This document shows, one piece after another, positions 24,275 through 32,000 of a DNA stretch of 32,000 nucleotides. Within the stretch, counting starts at the first letter, position 1. Every line of letters starts with the position of its first letter. Made by a program: the position numbers and the translations under genes. Source of the stretch: an uncultured Chloroflexia bacterium (GTDB lineage Bacteria > Chloroflexota > Ktedonobacteria > Ktedonobacterales > JADMIN01); assembly GCA_963718915.1 (NCBI GenBank), contig CAVRAI010000015.1, positions 1-32,000 on the forward strand. Reading direction: 5' to 3'. The notes beneath the pieces were generated by a model, which was given only the letters and a program-made list of their open reading frames with translations, ran no database searches and had not been told where the DNA came from.

Positions 24275-24472
24275 TGCTCAACTCAACTTTTCTTCCACAA
24301 GCTCATGTGTAAAGGCATCATCATGCCCGGCTACGTTATAGTCTGAATCAGGGGTGTCCCGTTCTCATACGTCCGCATAGCACACATGAGAACCACACCA
24401 TATTATCCCTCCATTCGCTCGCCTGCAAGCCAGCGGGGAGTGGGTAGCTCGTCACCATCAGGAAACGGCATT

Positions 24473-26764
24473 ATGTTCTATCGGCTCGGCCTCGCCACGG
24501 TTCGCTGGCGCCTCTGGATTATTGCCGCCTGGGCGCTGGTCGTACTGGCGGCCCTCCCATTCGCGCCACGCGCCGCCGAGGCGCTTTCGCCGGGCGGATT
24601 CGGCAGCCCGGATATGGAGTCACAACAGGCGATCACCGCACTAGAGCAGGGGCTGCATACCAGCTTCACCAGTGTGCTCGTCATCTTCTCCAGTGACACC
24701 CTGACGGCGGACGATCCACGCTTCCAGGCCGAAGCCACCGCCGCCGTGGCAAAGCTCCAGGCGTGGAACGAGGTGACGCGCGTCGTGCCGTTCACCGTCG
24801 CGCCATCGCAAATCTCGAATGATCGCCACGCCGCCTATACCGCCGTCTTCATCCGCGCCGACGCCGACCACGCGCCCGAGGTGCTGCCAGCGTTTCGCGC
24901 CAGGCTCGTCACTCCGCCACATCTGGCGATGACTGTGGGCGGCGGGCCGGTCTTCTACGCCGATATCCAGTCGGTCAGCGAGGCCGACCTGCGCCGGGCT
25001 GAACTGCTCGCCTTCCCGTTCGCGCTGCTGGCGCTGCTGCTGGTCTTCCGCTCGGTGATCGCCGCCGGACTGCCCGCCGCCGTCGGAGGATGCAGCGTCG
25101 TCGTCTCGCTGGCGTTGCTCTATCTGCTGGCGACGGCCACACCCGTCTCGATCTTCGCGCTCAACATCACCACCCTCTTTGGCCTCGGCCTCGGCGTAGA
25201 CTACTCGCTCTTTATGGTCAGCCGCTTCCGCGAGGAGCTGGCGCAGGGCCGCGAGATTACCGACGCGGTGGGCCGGACGATGGCTACCGCCGGGCGCTCG
25301 GTCTTCTTCTCTGGCCTCGCCGTCTCGATTGGCCTGCTGGGGCTGGTCATTCTGCCGCTGAACGTGCTGCACTCTGTGGGCATCGGCGGTATGCTGACCG
25401 TCGCGCTGGCGATTCTGGCGGCGGTGACACTCTTACCCGCGCTGCTGAGCCTCCTGGGGTCGCGGGTCAACGCGCTGCCCGTGCGGCTGCCGTGGCCACG
25501 CTCGCGAGTAGCGCGCGGCGACTTGGCTGAGGAACACCGCTTCTGGCATCGGCTGGCGACGGGCGTCATGCGCCATCCGGTCGCGGTGCTGTTGCCAGTC
25601 CTGGCGTTCATGCTGCTGCTGGGTGTGCCGTACCTGAGTGTGCGGCTCGCCGCGCCGGACGCCTCGATTCTGCCCTCCAGCGTCAAGTCGCGCGCGGCGT
25701 ATGATCTGCTGGCGCAGCGCTTCGATGCGCGCCAGACAACGCCGATCATTCTGGCGGTCCGCACCGATGGCAGCCCCACCAGCGCGTCCAATCTGGCGGC
25801 GCTCGATAGCTATGTGCGTCGATTAGAGGCGGATCCGCGCGTAGCTCAGGTGACGAGCATTGTCTCGCTCGACCCACGGCTGACGCTGGCGCAGTATCAG
25901 CTGATGTACGCCGATCCCAGGGCGATTGCCGACCCCTATATCAGCCAGTCGGTGCAGTATCTGGCAGGCGCGGATATCACGCTGGTGCAGGTGATTAGCC
26001 GCTACGGTATGATCGATACCCGGTCGGAGGATCTGGTGCAGGCGATCCGCAACACACCACCGCCCGCTGGCCTGCACGTGCTGGTAGATGGCGGGACGGC
26101 GGGCGTGATCGACTACGTCAACACGCTCTATAGCGAGTTTCCGCGCGCGCTGCTGGTGGTCGCGCTGATTACCTATCTGGCGCTGATGCTGCTCTTCCGC
26201 TCGCTGGTGCTGCCGCTCAAGGCGATCCTGATGAACGCGCTCTCCATCGTCGCCGCGTATGGCGCGTTGGTCTTCATCTTCCAGCAGGGCCATTTCAGCA
26301 ATATCCTCAACTTCACGCCGCTCGGCTTTGTCGAGGCGTCGGCGCCGATCATGATGTTTTGCGCGCTCTTTGGCCTCTCGATGGATTACGAGGTCTTCCT
26401 GCTCTCGCGCGTGCGTGAGGCGTATGAGCAGACCGGCGACAACACGAAGAGCGTCGCGATGGGGCTGGAGCGCAGCGGCGGCATCATCACCAGCGCGGCG
26501 GCCATTGTCTTCCTGGTGAGCATCGCGTTCGCCACGGCGGATATGGTGATCGTCAAGGCGCTGGGCGTCGGGATGGCGCTGGCGGTGCTGCTGGACGCGA
26601 CGCTGGTGCGGGGGCTGCTGGTACCCGCGACCATGCGCCTGCTGGGCAACGTCAACTGGTGGTGGCCGTGGCCATTCAACCGGCTCCTTCCAGGCGTGGT
26701 CTTCCACGGCAAGGGCGAGGCAAACAAGGAAGAGCGCCAACCCGTAGCGGCGGGAGGGGAGTGA
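24473..26764 (+). CDS. MMPL-family (RND-type) membrane transporter
   Basis: Two repeated modules of TM helix, periplasmic domain and five TM helices. GLGVDYSLFMVSRFREEL and GLSMDYEVFLLSRVREAY are typical MMPL signatures. The ATG at 24473 (MFYRLG...) was chosen over the upstream track start. Confidence 0.85.
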   Translation: MFYRLGLATVRWRLWIIAAWALVVLAALPFAPRAAEALSPGGFGSPDMESQQAITALEQGLHTSFTSVLVIFSSDTLTADDPRFQAEATAAVAKLQAWNEVTRVVPFTVAPSQISNDRHAAYTAVFIRADADHAPEVLPAFRARLVTPPHLAMTVGGGPVFYADIQSVSEADLRRAELLAFPFALLALLLVFRSVIAAGLPAAVGGCSVVVSLALLYLLATATPVSIFALNITTLFGLGLGVDYSLFMVSRFREELAQGREITDAVGRTMATAGRSVFFSGLAVSIGLLGLVILPLNVLHSVGIGGMLTVALAILAAVTLLPALLSLLGSRVNALPVRLPWPRSRVARGDLAEEHRFWHRLATGVMRHPVAVLLPVLAFMLLLGVPYLSVRLAAPDASILPSSVKSRAAYDLLAQRFDARQTTPIILAVRTDGSPTSASNLAALDSYVRRLEADPRVAQVTSIVSLDPRLTLAQYQLMYADPRAIADPYISQSVQYLAGADITLVQVISRYGMIDTRSEDLVQAIRNTPPPAGLHVLVDGGTAGVIDYVNTLYSEFPRALLVVALITYLALMLLFRSLVLPLKAILMNALSIVAAYGALVFIFQQGHFSNILNFTPLGFVEASAPIMMFCALFGLSMDYEVFLLSRVREAYEQTGDNTKSVAMGLERSGGIITSAAAIVFLVSIAFATADMVIVKALGVGMALAVLLDATLVRGLLVPATMRLLGNVNWWWPWPFNRLLPGVVFHGKGEANKEERQPVAAGGE

Positions 26765-26845
26765 TCATGCGATTTCCACGGATTCGCCCCGACGTTGCGC
26801 GAGATGTCACACAAGTTGCGCGTCGTGGCGCGGGCGAGAATTGCG

Positions 26846-26911
26846 GGCGGTTAAAACCGCGCCTGAAGGGCCTCGCTGCGCTCCGCCACGAAACCTGCCT
26901 GCGCAGGTTGC
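26846..26911. repeat. Modular hairpin repeat, copy 3 (reverse orientation)
   Basis: Its reverse complement reads GCAACCTGC GCAG GCAGGTT TCGTGGC ... GGCCC TTCAGGC GCGGTT TT AACCGC C. Confidence 0.8.
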
Positions 26912-26957
26912 AGAGATTCGCCCCAGGCGATACACCTTGTCGGGCGTCTGGATCTGG

Positions 26958-27025
26958 GAAGTCCGCGCTGCGCGGACTTTGTGGCCGACCGGGAGGGAGG
27001 CCGTTCAGGCGCGACTTTAGTCGCC
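26958..27025. repeat. Modular hairpin repeat, copy 4 (forward orientation)
   Basis: GAAGTCCGCGC TG CGCGGACTT TGTGGCC GACCGGGAGGGAGGCCG TTCAGGC GCGACT TT AGTCGC C. The terminal stem differs from copies 1-3 by paired, compensatory substitutions. Confidence 0.8.
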
Positions 27026-27031
27026 AGCCTG

Positions 27032-28213
27032 ATGCAGCGCGTGCCCCTCATCGCCGGTAACGCAACATCCGCCGCCCGCAACGTTCGCCCGCGCAAACGG
27101 GGTTTCGCCTTCCTACTCCTCATGCTATTTGCAATCATGCTCAGTGGCTGTGGCCTGCCGGGCACGATTGCCGGAGGTGGCAGCCTGCCCGCGACGAGAC
27201 CTGTCCCGACGGCGACGCCGCTCCCTCCGGTGCGCTTTCCGCAGGACGAGGCGCCACATACTGATCTAACCGAGTGGTGGTATTACACCGGCCATTTTCA
27301 CAGCGCCAGCGGCCACGAGTACGGCTTCGAGTTGACGTTCTTCCAGACGCTACGCGGCGCGCTCCCACCCTACTACGCAGCGCACTACGCCATCAGCGAC
27401 ATCTCGCGCGGCCAGTTCCACTACGATCAGCAGGTGGGCTTCGGCTCGCCGTCGTCCATACCGCCCGCTGGCTCAACCCAGGGATTCCACCTGACGCTCA
27501 ACGGCTGGACGGCGAGCGGACTGAACGGCCACGACCAACTCCACGCGGAGATGGCCGACTATACGATTGACCTGAAGCTGACCGATGCGCTGCCACACCC
27601 GATACTGCACAATGGCAACGGGCTAATTACCTATGGTCAGGCGGGCTACTCGTATTACTACTCGCGTCCGCTGCTCATGGTGAGCGGAACCGTGAACGAT
27701 CACGGGACACCGGTTGCGGTGACGGGGCAGGCGTGGATGGATCACCAGTGGGGCGACTTCCTGACGTTGGCAGGCTCCGGCTGGGACTGGTACAGCATCC
27801 AGCTGGCCAACCACACCGAATATATGCTCTACATCATCCGCGACAGCCAGAAGCGCGCACTCGGCGCCGTCGGCACGTACGTTACGCCGGACGGCGCAGC
27901 CCACGAGATTCCGGCGGCAAATATGCGCTTCGAGGTGCTCGGCCACTGGACCAGCCCCGCGACCGGCGGGGTCTACCCCTCCGGCTGGCGTGTGACGATT
28001 AGCGATCCCGCCGTCACGCTGACGCTGACACCCGCCCTGGTGGACCAGGAGCTGGTGACGGCGCAGTCCACTGGCGTCGCCTACTGGGAGGGCGCGGTGC
28101 GCATAACAGGGCAGGCCAGCGGCAAGCCCGTGACAGGCCAGGGCTACGTCGAGCTAACGGGCTACGCGACATTGCCACCGGGCGCGGCGCAGCCTGGCGC
28201 AACGGCGCCATAG
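27032..28213 (+). CDS. AttH/CrtC-like lipocalin-domain lipoprotein (carotenoid 1,2-hydratase-like family)
   Basis: FPQDEAPHTDLTEWWYYTGHF...GHEYGFELTFFQ and AWMDHQWGDF are typical of the AttH/CrtC family. Lipobox IMLSGC. The ATG at 27032 lies just beyond the repeat and is the chosen start. Confidence 0.7.
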   Translation: MQRVPLIAGNATSAARNVRPRKRGFAFLLLMLFAIMLSGCGLPGTIAGGGSLPATRPVPTATPLPPVRFPQDEAPHTDLTEWWYYTGHFHSASGHEYGFELTFFQTLRGALPPYYAAHYAISDISRGQFHYDQQVGFGSPSSIPPAGSTQGFHLTLNGWTASGLNGHDQLHAEMADYTIDLKLTDALPHPILHNGNGLITYGQAGYSYYYSRPLLMVSGTVNDHGTPVAVTGQAWMDHQWGDFLTLAGSGWDWYSIQLANHTEYMLYIIRDSQKRALGAVGTYVTPDGAAHEIPAANMRFEVLGHWTSPATGGVYPSGWRVTISDPAVTLTLTPALVDQELVTAQSTGVAYWEGAVRITGQASGKPVTGQGYVELTGYATLPPGAAQPGATAP

Positions 28214-28334
28214 AGGCAGCACGGTCATAGTGGCTCTTCCAAAATCAGATGCCTCGAACACTGCCTTGATTGGATATAATGGCTCTGACAGCGGAAGGTC
28301 GTTGAACAACACTATTCATGAGGCCACATAGCGT

Positions 28335-28757
28335 ATGATCGAACGATTGAAACAGGCCTTTGAGCAGGCGGAGCAACGCCCCGAGGCGGAGCAAGAATTA
28401 CTGGCCCAGTTGCTGCTTGAGGAAATGAACGCATCGGATACGGCATCATCAGCACCTGCCCTTGATGCTCATCCCCAACTAAGCGCAGCGCAAGGGGAGC
28501 AGATTGTAGCAATTCTGCGCCAATTTGACATTGTCCATGCGGCCCTGTTCGGCTCCTTCGCGCGAGGCGATGCCCATGCTGCAAGCAATATTGATCTGCT
28601 GATTACCCCCCCTCCAGGCACAACTCTTCTTGATCTTGCTCGGCTCGAAAACCGCCTGACTGATGCGCTTGCCCGTCCCGTGCAAATTGTCACTGTTGAG
28701 GAATTGCATCCTGGCATGCGAGAACGCATCCTACGCGAACAGCAGGAATTGCTATGA
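28335..28757 (+). CDS. mntA: MntA-type minimal nucleotidyltransferase (type VII TA antitoxin)
   Basis: GSFARGDAHAASNIDLLI matches the GSxxRGx(n)SDxDLL nucleotidyltransferase motif. Its stop codon overlaps the next start (ATGA). It has a ~55-aa N-terminal extension. Confidence 0.8.
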   Translation: MIERLKQAFEQAEQRPEAEQELLAQLLLEEMNASDTASSAPALDAHPQLSAAQGEQIVAILRQFDIVHAALFGSFARGDAHAASNIDLLITPPPGTTLLDLARLENRLTDALARPVQIVTVEELHPGMRERILREQQELL

Positions 28758-29140
28758 CCACGCCTGGCGCCACGCCGCCTCTGCGTGATCCACGTATCAT
28801 TCTCGATGAGATACTTGCCAGCATCGCTATGATTCAGTCGTATCTGGCGCAGGTGACACGAGACGAATTCATAGCGCAATCCCTGATTCAGGATGGCGTG
28901 GTGAGGAGGCTTGAAATTATCGGCGAAGCAGCGACTCAATTGCCCACTGACCTCAAGGCGCGCTTTACCGCTGTCGAGTGGCGGGCTATGACCTCGATGC
29001 GTAATCGGCTGATTCATGGATACTTTGCGGTCAATCTCACCATCGTATGGGATACCATTCAACGTGACCTCCCGGTGCTGGAAACGCAGATCCGTGCGAT
29101 TCGCTCTCACATGCACTCCTATTCTGCTCCCGTCGGCTGA
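28754..29140 (+). CDS. hepT: HepT-type HEPN (DUF86) RNase toxin
   Basis: RNRLIHGYF is the HEPN Rx4-6H motif. About 128 aa. It is coupled to the upstream nucleotidyltransferase gene. Confidence 0.8.
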   Translation: MTTPGATPPLRDPRIILDEILASIAMIQSYLAQVTRDEFIAQSLIQDGVVRRLEIIGEAATQLPTDLKARFTAVEWRAMTSMRNRLIHGYFAVNLTIVWDTIQRDLPVLETQIRAIRSHMHSYSAPVG

Positions 29141-29664
29141 TTCCCCAGGCTCAAGAATGAGGCGTCTGTGGCGTCGCTCAGCACGCGAACCAGCAGGCGC
29201 AACTCGTCCGCGGTATAGCGGCGCAAGAACTGGATGAAGCCGCGCTCCATCTGCTCGTCGAAGGCACGATGCACCTCGAAGATCTCTCGTCCAGGCGGGG
29301 TGAGGCGAAAGAGGATTTCTTTCCTGTTATTGGGAAGCGACTCAACGCTGACGAGCTTGCTGGCGATCAACCGGCGCGCTACTTTCGAGACGGTGCCCTT
29401 CGGAATACGAAACTGCGCCGAAATGGTGATGCCATTCACCGGCTCCAGCCGCCCAATAGCATCGATCACCCGTAAGGTGGTGACACTCGAATCCCGCAGC
29501 ACTTCGACCACCAGCGGATTCTGGCTATGCGCCGCGATCCATTGCCACTCCTCGTTGCCCTCGGTCTCGAATCGCTCGGTGACCTTCGCCAGCAACGCCA
29601 GCACCTCGACGCTCAACGGCGTCACATCATCGGCGTTTTCCGACACGCCCTGGGAGCTGAGCAT
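29119..29664 (-). CDS. MarR-family transcriptional regulator
   Basis: Winged-HTH segment ITISAQFRIPKGTVSKVARRLIASKLVSVESLPNNRKEILFRLTPPGREIF. It is divergent from the oxidoreductase gene. Confidence 0.8.
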   Translation of the reverse strand: MLSSQGVSENADDVTPLSVEVLALLAKVTERFETEGNEEWQWIAAHSQNPLVVEVLRDSSVTTLRVIDAIGRLEPVNGITISAQFRIPKGTVSKVARRLIASKLVSVESLPNNRKEILFRLTPPGREIFEVHRAFDEQMERGFIQFLRRYTADELRLLVRVLSDATDASFLSLGNQPTGAE

Positions 29665-29747
29665 GACGCTACCCTTCCCGCCTTATGACGACCACTCACT
29701 TCCATTCCAGTATAGCAACAACGGGCATCGCTCGCGAACATGAGTTA

Positions 29748-29839
29748 GCCAGCCAGGTATGAATAGTTTCCAGGAAACCATATTGACATGAGGCAGGAGT
29801 AACGGCTATTATTGTTTCTGGGAAACTATTTTAGCTGGC
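29748..29839. promoter_or_regulatory. Candidate MarR operator: extended dyad flanking a promoter
   Basis: ATAGTTTCCAGGAAAC (29763-29778) versus the reverse complement of GTTTCTGGGAAACTAT (29814-29829): 14 of 16 match. Outer GCCAGC (29748-29753) pairs with GCTGGC (29834-29839). Confidence 0.5.
29783..29812 (+). promoter_or_regulatory. Candidate sigma70-like promoter TTGACA-N18-TATTAT for the oxidoreductase gene
   Basis: Perfect -35 hexamer at 29783-29788. -10-like hexamer at 29807-29812. It is nested between the dyad arms. Confidence 0.5.
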
Positions 29840-29858
29840 CTGAAGGGAGACGCATCCA

Positions 29859-30830
29859 ATGAAAGCGGCGGTTCTGCATAAGTTCGGGAAGGCGCCACGC
29901 TACGAGGACTTCCCTGACCCCACACTGGGCGACGGTGATGTGCTCGTAGAAGTGAAGGCGGTCGCGCTGGAAAACATCGACCGAGCGATGGCGCGCGGGA
30001 GTCATTTCGCCAGTCGCCAGTTTCTTCCACATCTACCCGCCATTGTGGGATCCGATGGCATTGGTAGGCTTGAGAATGGCCAGCTGATCGGCTTTGGCGG
30101 CATGAAGCCTCCCTACGGTGCGATGGCGGAACGGGCAATTATTGCCGACTTGCACTATGTCCAGATTCCCGATGGCGTTGAGGCGGCGGTTGCCGCTGCC
30201 GTGCCAGGATCGGCATTGACGGCGCTCTTTCCGCTGAAGTGGGGCGCTCAGCTTCAGCAGGATGAGACGGTGCTGATCAACGGCGCGACGGGATTCGCGG
30301 GCAAACTGGCCGTTCAGGTCGCCAGGCTGCTCGGCGCGAAGCGGATCGTCGCCAGCGGGCGCAATGACGAAGCGCTGCGGTCGCTCGCCAACCTTGGCGC
30401 GGACAGCGTCATCGATCTCAAGCTATCCGATGCCCAACTCACCGCCGCGTTCAAGCGCGAGGCGGGGGCCACCGGATACGGCGTCATTCTCGATTTCTTA
30501 TGGGGGCGTCCGACAGAGATCCTCATCGCAACCCTGGTTCCCGATACGCTCAGCTTTGCAAGGGGTCGGACGCGGCTGGTGCAGATTGGCGAGATGGCGG
30601 GGCCGCGCATCACGCTCGCCGCCGATGCGCTGCGCACGTCGGGACTCACCATCGTCGGCGGGGGTAGCGGCATCACGCCAGAAGCGCTGGCCGAGGGAAC
30701 CAGTCTGGTGTGGGACTGGATCAAGGAAGGCAAGCTCAAAGCGGATATCGAACAGGCGCCGCTCAAAGACGTGGAACGTGTCTGGAAGCGCACCGATGTC
30801 CAGGGCAGGCGGGTCGTCATTGTCCCATAG
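29859..30830 (+). CDS. Zinc-independent MDR-family NAD(P)H:quinone oxidoreductase / alcohol dehydrogenase-like
   Basis: MKAAVLHKFG...GDGDVLVEVKAVALE at the N-terminus. Nucleotide-binding VLINGATGFAGKLAVQVARLLGA. 323 aa. Confidence 0.8.
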   Translation: MKAAVLHKFGKAPRYEDFPDPTLGDGDVLVEVKAVALENIDRAMARGSHFASRQFLPHLPAIVGSDGIGRLENGQLIGFGGMKPPYGAMAERAIIADLHYVQIPDGVEAAVAAAVPGSALTALFPLKWGAQLQQDETVLINGATGFAGKLAVQVARLLGAKRIVASGRNDEALRSLANLGADSVIDLKLSDAQLTAAFKREAGATGYGVILDFLWGRPTEILIATLVPDTLSFARGRTRLVQIGEMAGPRITLAADALRTSGLTIVGGGSGITPEALAEGTSLVWDWIKEGKLKADIEQAPLKDVERVWKRTDVQGRRVVIVP

Positions 30831-30870
30831 GAGGCCGGTCATAGCGCTTCCGCCATGCGCTATGCGCTGT

Positions 30871-30899
30871 TTGACAGGCGTTCGCCCGCGGGCTATACT
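30871..30899 (+). promoter_or_regulatory. Near-consensus promoter TTGACA-N17-TATACT for tRNA-His
   Basis: -35 hexamer at 30871-30876 and -10 hexamer at 30894-30899. The tRNA starts about 33 nt downstream. Confidence 0.6.
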
Positions 30900-30931
30900 G
30901 AATGGGCGCGGGGCGAAATCTTCGCGCATAC

Positions 30932-31005
<74 letters not shown>

Positions 31006-31096
31006 CCCACTAAGCACATCCCGCATCACGATGCCTCGAATGCTGATATCCTCGGCGTTCGGGGCATCTGTGGCTAGTGCGCAAAAGGCTCTCTGA

Positions 31097-31387
31097 ATGA
31101 TGCAGCATACAGAACATCTCTACGTGGTCACCGACGACAGCATCTTGCATGGCGAGCCAATTATCGTTGGCACTCGCACGCCGGTTCGCGCCATTGTCGA
31201 GTTGTGGCGTCAGGGGTTTGCGCCTGAGACGATACCGGCTCACCTGCCCCATCTCACGCTCGCGCAGGTCTTTGACGCGCTGAGCTACTACAGCGACCAC
31301 CAGGACGAGATCAACCAGTATATCGAGCGCAACCGCATCCCCGACGCGCTGATTGACCCGCTATATGGTGCGCGTTGGTTTCACTAG
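31097..31387 (+). CDS. DUF433-domain protein (antitoxin-like HTH)
   Basis: ILHGEPIIVGTRTPVRAIVELWRQGFAPETIPAHLPHLTLAQVFDALSYY fits the DUF433 pattern. No recognisable DUF5615/PIN-like partner follows. Confidence 0.7.
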   Translation: MMQHTEHLYVVTDDSILHGEPIIVGTRTPVRAIVELWRQGFAPETIPAHLPHLTLAQVFDALSYYSDHQDEINQYIERNRIPDALIDPLYGARWFH

Positions 31388-31597
31388 CTATGATGTGTGG
31401 AGTCTGATTTCTTCCGGCCTCGCTCCTGAGATGACAAAAAAGGGATTACCAGCAGACAGACTTGTGGCATCATGGAGACTGTTGTATAGTAGCGAGGCTA
31501 TCTGTACGGTTGGTCGACTGAAGCGTCAGAAAGAAGTAAACAATGCCTACTGAGCCTGAGAGATTCGCTAATCTCTTCATTGCGCCATCCTCGAGGA

Positions 31598-32000
31598 ATG
31601 CACAATCTGTCGCCAAAGGAATTCGAGGGTTTCGTCGCGTATTACTACGACGAGCAGGATATATGTGAGAGAAGTTGGGCCCCACTTCCTCAGAGGCGTA
31701 GACCTTGAAATGCGGTTCCCTAGTAGGACACGCATTGTCGGAGGTGTCGAGTGCAAGCGATACCAACCTGAGCAACTTGTCACAGCTTCAATTGTCAGGG
31801 GAGTAATGGGGGCACCTGCGGTCTCCAGACGAGGGGCAAAGCCATTTGTCATCACCACCAGTGATTTTAATAAGCCCGCACGCCAGATGGCTGAGGCTGG
31901 GGCAAGGCAGGCATTTCTGATGAATGGCTCTCAACTTGTTCGCTATATCCTATATATCCGGGGATCACGACATGATGACGATGATACGATTGCTTCGATT
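31598..32000 (+). pseudogene. Mrr-like (PD-(D/E)xK) restriction endonuclease domain protein, frameshifted and truncated by the window end
   Basis: Not in the ORF track. Frame A from ATG 31598 reads MHNLSPKEFEGFVAYYYDEQ. Frame B from about 31662 reads YVREVGPHFLRGVDLEMRF...IVGGVECKRYQPEQLV...GAKPFVITTSDFNKPARQMAE, which is a D...ExK core. The frames switch at the ATATAT run (31659-31664). Confidence 0.6.

Noticed and set aside
24275-24472. tmRNA (ssrA) next to smpB
   Set aside because: No tRNA-Ala-like acceptor/T-arm ends (GGGG...TCCACCA) and no tag reading frame were found here, in 17416-17971, or anywhere else in the window.
24641-26740. Minus-strand ORFs 24641-25372 and 25823-26740
   Set aside because: Antisense shadows of the MMPL transporter gene. 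They are highly Arg/His/Asp-rich and have no motifs.
28469-29116. 215-aa minus-strand ORF
   Set aside because: Antisense to the MntA/HepT pair, which has diagnostic motifs and ATGA coupling.
31470-31858. Minus-strand ORFs 31470-31775 and 31577-31858
   Set aside because: They are antisense to plus-strand sequence that encodes recognisable Mrr-type nuclease motifs. Neither has motifs of its own.

Overview
High-GC bacterial chromosomal segment (about 60-70% G+C in hand-counted lines). The taxon cannot be assigned from sequence alone. It holds about 30 protein genes, one tRNA-His, one IS element and several families of intergenic hairpin repeats.

Housekeeping and ordinary genes:
- smpB
- methylmalonate-semialdehyde dehydrogenase
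- MMPL transporter
- MFS transporter
- GNAT acetyltransferase
- COG0402 amidohydrolase
- PAS-PAS-GAF-HisKA_3 sensor kinase
- SRPBCC protein
- MarR regulator with a divergent quinone oxidoreductase
- AttH/CrtC-like lipoprotein

Lower-GC accessory insertions are interspersed among them:
1. 6022-7068: a single gene fusing a macro-like domain to a nucleoside-deoxyribosyltransferase/TIR-like domain. It sits at the head of a tight cluster with an MBL hydrolase and a PrpE-like phosphoesterase.
2. 22557-23848: a 1.2-kb islet bounded by 50-bp direct repeats that duplicate the smpB 3' end. It carries an AbiEii-type nucleotidyltransferase and a small partner gene.
3. 12842-13585: a translationally coupled two-gene cassette with no recognisable family.
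4. 28335-29140: a HepT/MntA toxin-antitoxin pair.
5. Downstream of tRNA-His: a DUF433 gene and a frameshifted Mrr-like nuclease, running off the window.

Four genes are disrupted:
- IS982-type transposase, by a 13-bp tandem duplication
- PrpE-like phosphoesterase
- G1/eqolisin-like peptidase, at a homopolymer run
- Mrr-like nuclease, at an (AT)3 run

No CRISPR array, rRNA or tmRNA was seen. All family assignments come from by-eye motif recognition and need database or structure searches to confirm.
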